64,000 nucleotides of DNA. Source: Chloroflexota bacterium. GTDB taxonomy: Bacteria; Chloroflexota; UBA6077; CF-72. The notes under the pieces were generated by a model that saw only the letters and a program-made list of their open reading frames with translations, did not search any database and was not told the DNA's origin. Every line of letters starts with the position of its first letter. The stretch's first letter is position 1. The stretch lies in assembly GCA_016191465.1 (NCBI GenBank), contig JACPOP010000008.1:26039-90038 (forward strand), written 5' to 3'. Positions 56,971 through 64,000 of this stretch are shown piece after piece. A program made the position numbers and the translations under genes.

Positions 56971-59900
56971 ATGTACCAACCCGTACCCCGCGACCTTGAT
57001 TTCCCGGCTCTCGAGCAGCGCATCCTCCGCTTCTGGGACGAAACCCGCGCGTTCGACGTGCTGCGTGACCAGCTCGCTGGCAGCGAGAAGCGCTTTTCGT
57101 TCATTGACGGGCCGATCACGGCGAACAACCGAATGGGCGTCCACCACGCCTGGGGTCGCACCTACAAGGACGTCTTTCAGCGCTACAAGGCGATGACCGG
57201 CCACAACCAGCGCTGGCAGAACGGTTTTGATTGCCAGGGTCTGTGGGTCGAGGTAGGGGTCGAAAAGGAGCTTGGCTTCGGCTCGAAGCGGGACATCGAG
57301 GCGTACGGGATCGGCGAGTTCGTGCAGCGCTGCAAGGAGCGGGTGCTGAAGTTTGCGCGGGTCCAGACGGAGCAGAGCATCCGCATGGGCTACTGGATGG
57401 ATTGGTCGAGCTCGTACTACACGATGTCCGACGAGAACAACTTCACCATCTGGCGCATGCTCAAGATGTGTCACGAGCGCGGCTGGCTGTACCGCGGGCA
57501 CGACGTGATGCCCTGGTGCCCGCGCTGTGGCACCGGCATCAGCCAGCACGAGATCGACACCGAGGGCTACAAGGAAGTCACCCACACCAGCCTGTACGTA
57601 CGGCTCCCGCTGCTGGACCGTCCTAACGAGAGTCTGCTGGTCTGGACGACCACCCCCTGGACGCTCAGCGCGAACGTTGCGGCGGCCGTGCATCCCGACC
57701 TCTCATACGTGCGCGCCCAGAAGGACGGCCAGGCGGTCATCCTGGTGGAGCCGATGGCCGCGAAGCTACTCGGACCCGGATGGGAGGTCGTGCAGCGGTT
57801 CCGAGGCGCGGAGCTGGTGGGCCTCCGCTACCGCGGGCCGTACGACGAGATCGAGGCCCAGGCGGACGCGCGCAACCTGCACCGGGTGATCCCGTGGACG
57901 GACGTGAGCCAGGAAGACGGTACCGGCATCGTCCACATTGCGCCGGGCTGTGGTGAAGAGGACTACGGCCTTGGCAAGGAGTTTGAGCTGCCCGCGATTG
58001 CGCCGCTGGACGAGCTTGGCGTGTATGGCCCTGGGTTCGGCTTTCTGTCTGGCCAGTTCGTCGGCGACGTCGCACAGCAGGTGACGGAGGACCTTCGCGC
58101 AAAGGGGCTGCTGTTCCGCGCTGCCCTGTTTACCCACCGCTATCCGCATTGCTGGCGCTGTGACACCGAGCTGGTGTTCCGCCTGGTGGACGAGTGGTAC
58201 GTCGGCATGGACGAGCTGCGCCACCTCATGATGGAGGTGACGAAGCAGATCCGCTGGATTCCCGAGTTTGGCATGGACCGCGAGCTGGATTGGCTGCGGA
58301 ATATGCACGACTGGATGATCTCCAAGAAGCGGTACTGGGGTCTGGCGCTGCCCATCTGGCGCTGCGACGCCTGCAACACGTTCGACGTGATCGGCAGCCG
58401 CGAGGAGCTCCGCGCTCGGGCCGTGGACGGCTGGCAGAAATTCGAGGGCCATTCTCCGCACCGTCCCTGGGTGGACCAGGTGAAGATTGCCTGCGGCACC
58501 TGCGGCGGCACGATCGACCGGATCCCCGATGTCGGTAACCCGTGGCTCGATGCTGGAATCGTGGCCTATTCCACGCTGGATTACGTGCACAACCGCGAGC
58601 ACTGGGAGAAGTGGTTCCCGGCTGACTTCATCACCGAGAGCTTCCCGGGCCAGTACCGCAACTGGTTCTACGCCATGCTGGTGATGAGCACCGTTCTGGA
58701 AAACCGGCCACCGATGAAGACGGTACTGGGATTCGCAACGCTGCGTGGCGAGGATGGCCGCCCGATGCACAAGTCGTGGGGCAACGACATCGAGTTCAAC
58801 GAGGCCGCCGGCACTGTCGGCGCCGACATTCTGCGCTGGGTGTTCAGCCTCCAGAATCCGTCGGCGAACCTGAACTTTGGCTGGAACGTGGCCCACGAGA
58901 CCAAGAAGCGCCTGCTCACGCTGTGGAACAGCTACAGCTTCTTCGTGCAGTACGCCCGACTTGAAGGCTGGCGCACCGGCCCGGCCGATCCTCCGGTGGC
59001 GGATCGGCCGGAGGTCGACCGCTGGCTGCTGGCCGAGCTGCAACGGTTGATTCGTCAGGTCACCATTTCACTCGAAAGCTTCGACACGATGAACGCCTCG
59101 CGGGCTATCGAGTCGTTCGTCGAGGATCTCAGCAACTGGTACATCCGCCGCAGCCGCGCCCGCTTTTGGGCCCCCGGCGGCAGGGCCGATCCAGCCGCGC
59201 TCGCCACTCTGCACGAGGCGCTCAGCACCGTCGCTCGGCTCCTGGCGCCGTTCATGCCGTTCCTGGCCGAGGAGCTGTACCAGAACCTCGTGCGCAGCAT
59301 CGATCCGTCCGCCCCGGTGAGTGTCCACCACTGCGAGTTCCCGAGTCCGCGCCCGGAGCTCGATGCGGAAGCGCTGGCCGAGCAGGTGGCGTGGGTCCGC
59401 CAGGTTGCCAGCCTGGGTCACGCGGCGCGGAAGCAGGCTGGCATCCCCGTTCGGCGGCCGCTTGCCGCGGTGCGCGTCTCCAGCCCGGGCTCCTCGGTGT
59501 CCGCAACGCTGTTGGCGGAGCTTGCCGACGAGCTGAACGTGAAGGCTGTCGAGAGCGCCGCCGACCTGCGCGAGGCCGTGCGTCAGAAGGTGGAGCCCAA
59601 CCCGAAGCTGCTCGGGCCGAAGTACGGCGCCGAGTACCCGTCGATCCGCCGTCTGCTCCAGGCCGGCGAGTTCAAGGTCGGAGACGACGGCCGCGTCCAG
59701 GTCGGCTCGTGGCTCCTCGAGCCAGACGAGGCCGCCGTGACACTCGAGCCAGCGCCGGGGTTTGCGGCGGCCGTTGACCACGGGGTGCTCGTGGTTCTGG
59801 ACACCCGATCCACGCCCGAGCTTGTGACTGAAGGCCGAGCCCGCGAGCTGGTGCGGGTAATCCAGGATGCCCGGAAGGCAGCCGGTTTCGACGTGGCGGA

Positions 59901-60093
59901 TCGGATCGTGGTGCGCTACGAGGCACCCGACGAGCTCGGGCGCGCCTTCCAGGATCTCTCCGAGTACGTGGCGCGCGAGACTCTGGCCGTCGATTTCGCC
60001 CGCGGTTCACTGGAGGATGCCGAGGGCCGCGACACGAAGGACGTGGATGGCATGCCCGTGACGGTGGCCATTCGGCGGACGGTAGCGCGATGA
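56971..60093 (+). CDS. ileS: Isoleucyl-tRNA synthetase
   Basis: HIGH-region (PITANNRMGVHHAWG), KMSKS (KSWGN / …MHKSWGND…), editing domain, C-terminal zinc-binding region. 1040 aa. Confidence 0.95.
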   Translation: MYQPVPRDLDFPALEQRILRFWDETRAFDVLRDQLAGSEKRFSFIDGPITANNRMGVHHAWGRTYKDVFQRYKAMTGHNQRWQNGFDCQGLWVEVGVEKELGFGSKRDIEAYGIGEFVQRCKERVLKFARVQTEQSIRMGYWMDWSSSYYTMSDENNFTIWRMLKMCHERGWLYRGHDVMPWCPRCGTGISQHEIDTEGYKEVTHTSLYVRLPLLDRPNESLLVWTTTPWTLSANVAAAVHPDLSYVRAQKDGQAVILVEPMAAKLLGPGWEVVQRFRGAELVGLRYRGPYDEIEAQADARNLHRVIPWTDVSQEDGTGIVHIAPGCGEEDYGLGKEFELPAIAPLDELGVYGPGFGFLSGQFVGDVAQQVTEDLRAKGLLFRAALFTHRYPHCWRCDTELVFRLVDEWYVGMDELRHLMMEVTKQIRWIPEFGMDRELDWLRNMHDWMISKKRYWGLALPIWRCDACNTFDVIGSREELRARAVDGWQKFEGHSPHRPWVDQVKIACGTCGGTIDRIPDVGNPWLDAGIVAYSTLDYVHNREHWEKWFPADFITESFPGQYRNWFYAMLVMSTVLENRPPMKTVLGFATLRGEDGRPMHKSWGNDIEFNEAAGTVGADILRWVFSLQNPSANLNFGWNVAHETKKRLLTLWNSYSFFVQYARLEGWRTGPADPPVADRPEVDRWLLAELQRLIRQVTISLESFDTMNASRAIESFVEDLSNWYIRRSRARFWAPGGRADPAALATLHEALSTVARLLAPFMPFLAEELYQNLVRSIDPSAPVSVHHCEFPSPRPELDAEALAEQVAWVRQVASLGHAARKQAGIPVRRPLAAVRVSSPGSSVSATLLAELADELNVKAVESAADLREAVRQKVEPNPKLLGPKYGAEYPSIRRLLQAGEFKVGDDGRVQVGSWLLEPDEAAVTLEPAPGFAAAVDHGVLVVLDTRSTPELVTEGRARELVRVIQDARKAAGFDVADRIVVRYEAPDELGRAFQDLSEYVARETLAVDFARGSLEDAEGRDTKDVDGMPVTVAIRRTVAR

Positions 60094-60659
60094 ATGATCG
60101 AGCCACTACGGACCATGTCGCCGGGCGGGCTACGCCGCTCCGCGGGCTGCTTTTCCTGGGCCTGGCGATTGGCGTGGTGGCGTTTGACCAGTGGGCGAAG
60201 CAGGTGGCGGACGCGACGCTGCTGCAGAGTGGCATCCGTTCGGTGCCAATCCCGTACACGGGTGGGTTATTGCGGTTCACGTACGTGGAGAACCGCGGCG
60301 CGGCGTTCGGACTGTTCCAGGACCAAACGGTCTTCTTCGTCGTGGTTGGTCTGGTTGTCGTTGGAGTCATTGCCGCGTCGTACCGCTACCTGCCGCGCTC
60401 AGGCTTCCTGGTGCACCTGGCACTCGGGCTGCAGCTTGGCGGCGCGGTGGGAAACCTGGTGGACCGGGTGCGGCAGGGCTATGTGATCGACTACGTGGAC
60501 TTCGGATACCAGCAGAACTGGTTTCCCGTGTTCAACGTCGCCGACTCCGCCATCACCGTTGGCGTCGTGCTCCTGGCTCTGCACTACCTTCGCAGCGAGT
60601 CCGCACGAACGGACGGAGCGAACGGCTCAGCCTCGGTCCGCGCTCGCGATGCCGCCTGA
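60090..60659 (+). CDS. lspA: Lipoprotein signal peptidase (signal peptidase II)
   Basis: Conserved LspA blocks (…VENRGAAFGLF…; FNVADSAITVGVVLL). Start overlaps the ileS stop. Confidence 0.9.
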   Translation: MNDRATTDHVAGRATPLRGLLFLGLAIGVVAFDQWAKQVADATLLQSGIRSVPIPYTGGLLRFTYVENRGAAFGLFQDQTVFFVVVGLVVVGVIAASYRYLPRSGFLVHLALGLQLGGAVGNLVDRVRQGYVIDYVDFGYQQNWFPVFNVADSAITVGVVLLALHYLRSESARTDGANGSASVRARDAA

Positions 60660-61638
60660 GCGGGGCCCCACCGTTCGAGCGCCGCTGCACGCGCCACTGG
60701 TGCCCACGCCGGATGGCTGGCTGATCCTACGAGTGCCGGTCTTCGCGGCTGGCGACCGGCTGGATGCCTTCCTCTCGCGCAACGGCGGCGCGGAAGGCCG
60801 CACCCGCTCAGAGTGGCAGCGCATCATCGGGTCGGGCTCCGTCCTGGTGGACGGTGCTGTGGGAAAATCGGGCCAGCGGCTGCAGCCTGGCCAAGAGGTG
60901 CGGGTGGCACCGCCGCCATCACACCTGGATCTCCCGGCCGAGGAGGACGTGCCGTTCGAGGTGCTGTTCCAGGACGAGGCGATGATTGTCCTCGAAAAGC
61001 CCGCCGGCGTCGTCGTCCACCCGGCGCCCGGCAATGCGACGGGCACGCTGGTGAACGGACTCCTCGCGCGCTTCCCGGAGCTCCGCGACGCCGCCGGCGA
61101 GCTGCGCCCGGGCATCGTCCACCGCCTGGACAAGGATACGTCTGGGTTGATGGTGGTCGGTCGCACGGCGGCGGCCACCGCCCACCTGCAGAAGCAGATG
61201 CAGAGCCGCGGCACCGAGAAGCGCTACCTGGCGCTCGTGCGGGGCGATATCGACGAGAACGAAGGCCTCATCGATCGGCCGATTGCGCGCGATCCGCGGC
61301 AGCGGCAGAGGATGGCCATTCGCGTCGACGGACGCGCGTCGCGGACGCGCTTCTTCGTGCTGGAGCGCTTCGGCGACTACACCTTCGTCGAAGCACTGCT
61401 GCTCACCGGCCGCACCCACCAGATCCGCGTCCACTTCGCCTCCATCGGTCGGCCCGTGGTGGCCGACGAGACGTACGGCCAGCCCGGCGGGCCTGGAGGA
61501 CTGAGCCGCCAGTTTCTGCACGCCTCCTTCCTGCGCGTCAGCTCTCCCTCGGACGGCATGGAGCACGTGTTCGAATCTGACCTCCCGCCTGACCTGCAGA
61601 CGGCGCTCGACACCCTGCGCCGCCGCGGCCCGCGATAA
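60649..61638 (+). CDS. rluD: 23S rRNA pseudouridine synthase, RluA/RluD family
   Basis: S4 domain followed by the catalytic HRLDKDTSGLMVV motif. ATG 60649 overlaps the lspA stop. Confidence 0.9.
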   Translation: MPPERGPTVRAPLHAPLVPTPDGWLILRVPVFAAGDRLDAFLSRNGGAEGRTRSEWQRIIGSGSVLVDGAVGKSGQRLQPGQEVRVAPPPSHLDLPAEEDVPFEVLFQDEAMIVLEKPAGVVVHPAPGNATGTLVNGLLARFPELRDAAGELRPGIVHRLDKDTSGLMVVGRTAAATAHLQKQMQSRGTEKRYLALVRGDIDENEGLIDRPIARDPRQRQRMAIRVDGRASRTRFFVLERFGDYTFVEALLLTGRTHQIRVHFASIGRPVVADETYGQPGGPGGLSRQFLHASFLRVSSPSDGMEHVFESDLPPDLQTALDTLRRRGPR

Positions 61639-61644
61639 CGACGA

Positions 61645-63117
61645 TTGCCATCGCCTACGATTGACGGCGCAATGTCGAGTGTTCGTGTCCGCGTTGCGCC
61701 TTCGCCCACGGGCGATCCCCACGTGGGGACCGCCTACATGTCCCTGTTCTGCCTGGCGTTCGCGCGCCAGCAGGGCGGCCAGTTCATCCTGCGTATCGAA
61801 GACACCGACCAGGCGCGGTACGTGGAGAACAGCGAGCAGCAGATCTTCGACCTGCTGCACTGGCTGAGCCTGGACTGGGATGAGGGCCCGGACCGGGGTG
61901 GCCCGGTCGGCCCATACCGCCAGTCCGAGCGATTGCCGCTCTACCAGGCGGCGGCCCACGAGCTGATCCAGGCGGGTCATGCTTACGAGTGCTGGTGTAC
62001 GCCGGAGCGTCTGACCGCCATGCGCGCCGAGCAGCAGAAGGCCAAAATGCCCACGGGCTACGATCGACTGTGCCTGGGCAAAACCCGCGAGCAGCGCGCC
62101 GCCGAGCCAGGGTCGAGCGACCGAGCGGTTGTGCGGATGCTGGTGCCGGAGAGCCCGCCCTTGACGTTTACCGACCTCATTCGCGGCGACACGAACGCGC
62201 CCGTTCCGGATGACCAGGTGATCCTCAAGGCCGACGGCTTTCCCACGTACCACCTGGGCGTGGTGGTGGACGACCACCACATGGGCATCACCCACGTTAC
62301 GCGCGGCGAGGAGTGGATCTCGTCCACGCCGAAGCACCTGCTGCTGTACGACTGGCTGGGGTGGGATCCGCCCCGGTTCGCCCACTTCCCCCTGTTGCGC
62401 AACACGGACCGGTCCAAGATCAGCAAGCGGAAGAACCCAGCGGCCAGGCTGGTGTGGTTCAAAGAGCAGGGCTACTTGCCCGAGGCGCTGCTGAACTTCC
62501 TTGCCCTCATGGGCTGGAGCATGCCCGATGGGCGCGAGATCTTCACCTTCCAAGACGTGGTCGAGAACTTTGCCTGGGAGCGCTTCAGCCCCGTTGGACC
62601 CATCTTCGACGTGGACAAGCTGGACTGGCTGAACGGGCAATACATCCAGCGCCTGACGGACGATGAGTTCCTGCGGCGTGCCCGTCCGTTCCTGCCTGGT
62701 GAGGGCCAGGATGCCGCCCTGCGGCGTTTAACGCTGCCGCTGAAGGAGCGCACGAAGCGACTGGCCGAGCTAGGCGAGCAGGTGGATTTCCTGTTCGTCG
62801 GCAACCTCGACGTACCCGCTGACCAGCTCGTGAAGCAAGGGCTGGATGCACCCGCGGCGATCGCCGCCCTGGAGGCTGCCGAGTCTGCCCTGGAGCGGCT
62901 TGCTGGATTCGAGCCGGCGCCGATTGAGCAGGCGCTCAGCGACGTGTGCGCCGAGCGGTCGATGAACCGTCGCAAGTTCTTCATGACGGTCCGCGTGGCG
63001 GTCACTGGCAAGACCGCGACGCCCCCGCTGCACGACACCATCGCCGCCATTGGACGCGAACGCTCCGTTGCGCGCCTGCGAGATGCGCAGTCGACGCTGG
63101 CACAAAGCTCGCACTAG
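61645..63117 (+). CDS. gltX: Glutamyl-tRNA synthetase
   Basis: Class I HIGH region (PSPTGDPHVGTAYMSLF), KMSKS (KISKRKN), full-length 490 aa. Confidence 0.9.
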   Translation: MPSPTIDGAMSSVRVRVAPSPTGDPHVGTAYMSLFCLAFARQQGGQFILRIEDTDQARYVENSEQQIFDLLHWLSLDWDEGPDRGGPVGPYRQSERLPLYQAAAHELIQAGHAYECWCTPERLTAMRAEQQKAKMPTGYDRLCLGKTREQRAAEPGSSDRAVVRMLVPESPPLTFTDLIRGDTNAPVPDDQVILKADGFPTYHLGVVVDDHHMGITHVTRGEEWISSTPKHLLLYDWLGWDPPRFAHFPLLRNTDRSKISKRKNPAARLVWFKEQGYLPEALLNFLALMGWSMPDGREIFTFQDVVENFAWERFSPVGPIFDVDKLDWLNGQYIQRLTDDEFLRRARPFLPGEGQDAALRRLTLPLKERTKRLAELGEQVDFLFVGNLDVPADQLVKQGLDAPAAIAALEAAESALERLAGFEPAPIEQALSDVCAERSMNRRKFFMTVRVAVTGKTATPPLHDTIAAIGRERSVARLRDAQSTLAQSSH

Positions 63118-63125
63118 GCCTGGCC

Positions 63126-63659
63126 ATGTGGATGGTGCTGGCGGTTCTCCTGGTGGCGCTCGGCGGAGGCGCCTACTTCTACTCCCAGACGGCACCTCAG
63201 AGTGCCCAACCAGCCCCCATTGTCGCTACCGCGGCGCCCGTTTCCACGGCGCGGCCGGGCGAGGTGTCTGTGCGGGTGACGGAGGCGGAGCTGACCGAGC
63301 AGCTCAACACCCAGGTGGGGGGCAAGCCTCTGGGCGACACCCCACTGGGCCCGGCGACCGCCCGGGATTTTTCTGTCAAGCTGCAAAACGGCCAGGTGCG
63401 GACCACCGGCACGGCCCAGATCTCGGGTGCGAGCGCACCCATCGAGATCGCGGGCACCGTCCAGGCCGCTGGCGGTCGGCCGGTGGTCAGCGTCTCCGAT
63501 GCGAAGGTGAGTGGCGTGTCTCTGCCCTCGGCGACACGCCAGCAGATTGAACGGGCCATGCAGGAGCGCGTGGATGCCACCGTTAAACAGCGCGGTATCA
63601 CGGTCACCAGCGTTACCGTGGCCAATGGCGAGATGACGCTCACGGGGTCGCCCAGCTAA
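63126..63659 (+). CDS. Hypothetical membrane-anchored/secreted protein
   Basis: ATG at 63126 giving N-terminal TM/signal anchor MWMVLAVLLVALGGGAYFY, then an Ala/Thr/Val-rich soluble domain. No family recognised. Confidence 0.6.
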   Translation: MWMVLAVLLVALGGGAYFYSQTAPQSAQPAPIVATAAPVSTARPGEVSVRVTEAELTEQLNTQVGGKPLGDTPLGPATARDFSVKLQNGQVRTTGTAQISGASAPIEIAGTVQAAGGRPVVSVSDAKVSGVSLPSATRQQIERAMQERVDATVKQRGITVTSVTVANGEMTLTGSPS

Positions 63660-63863
63660 CGCTTCAGCGCAGGCGCCGCGCTGCAACGCGGAGCGGTCCG
63701 AAGGTTCCAAGCCGTGGCAAAGCCAGTGGTCGGCCACGTGGACGATTGGCGTGCCGCGGACAACCCCGTGGACGCGTGCGCGTTGCCTTTGGAGCCGGAA
63801 TGCGCCGAGCAAAGGGTTGGGCTCGGCGATGCGCCAGCGGGTAGAATGCCCCCGTCCATTCAC

Positions 63864-63934
63864 TGCCGAATGGGGTAACGGTAGCCCGCCTGTCTCTGAA
63901 ACAGGTAGTCATGGTTCAAATCCATGTTCGGCAG
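63864..63934 (+). tRNA. tRNA-Gln (anticodon CUG)
   Basis: Manual fold: acceptor TGCCGAA/TTCGGCA (U1:A72, G73 as in tRNA-Gln), D-arm GGGT…GCCC, anticodon stem CCTGT/ACAGG with loop CT-CTG-AA, T-arm CATGG-TTCAAAT-CCATG. CCA not encoded. Followed by a small hairpin cccagc-agc-gctggg. Confidence 0.75.
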
Positions 63935-64000
63935 CCCAGCAGCGCTGGGTATACTCGCTGTCGTCCGCGCCCGTGCGCGGGCGCTTCTGGCCCGTTCGTC

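Noticed and set aside
63839-63846. TAGAAT -10-like hexamer 18 nt upstream of tRNA-Gln, with TTGGGC 19 nt further upstream
   Set aside because: The spacer is 19 nt rather than 17±1 and the -35 match is weak. Plausible tRNA promoter but not strong enough to list as a feature.

Overview
This is a 64 kb window of high-GC (~70%) bacterial chromosome with tightly packed, often overlapping genes. The organism is probably a Chloroflexi/Thermomicrobia-like bacterium. That is an inference from three large 'YYY-motif' membrane proteins of the TIGR03662/TIGR03663 type, which occur mainly in Chloroflexi and Archaea.

Core content:
- A + strand housekeeping operon: mscS-like, tsaE, tsaB, rimI, polA, then two tandem fpg/mutM paralogs.
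- A folate cluster (folK, folB, folP, folC) in which folB is inverted relative to its neighbours.
- An M16 peptidase and glpK, next to a CUT1-type ABC importer.
- cdd.
- mutS and mutL.
- gdh, hflX, a dapD / aminotransferase / dapF succinylase-branch cluster and a Zn-ADH.
- A polyprenyl synthase, tdk, hemW.
- aspS, ileS, lspA, rluD, gltX and tRNA-Gln(CUG).

Accessory and unusual content:
1. A ~13 kb + strand cluster (20.1-33.2 kb) of three huge polytopic membrane proteins. Two are TIGR03662 'Chlor_Arch_YYY' types. One is TIGR03663-like with a C-terminal NHL beta-propeller. They are interleaved with three flippase-like UPF0104 (LPG-synthase-TM) paralogs. This is a candidate uncharacterised lipid-linked glycan or envelope modification system, and it sits directly upstream of mutS-mutL.
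2. smpB and tmRNA (ssrA) lie on the - strand. A stand-alone HNH endonuclease cassette abuts the tmRNA 3' end and is bracketed by 12-bp direct repeats of the tmRNA 3' terminus. A tyrosine integrase, a vapBC pair and a small acidic ORF sit on the other side of smpB.
3. A low-GC (~58%) island carries a convergent type II restriction-modification pair: an N4/N6 methyltransferase with a leaderless promoter and palindromic operator, and a PD-ExK endonuclease. It is bordered by a 165-bp MITE-like element (17-bp terminal inverted repeats plus 9-bp target-site duplication) inserted exactly at the hemW start codon.
4. A second vapBC pair whose ribosome-binding site is embedded in a perfect palindrome.
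5. Several unusually long perfect hairpins (16-30 bp stems) that act as U-tract-less bidirectional terminators.

No CRISPR array, rRNA or transposase gene was seen. Many long Arg/Pro/Gly-rich ORFs on the opposite strand of real genes are GC-driven shadow ORFs and were ignored.
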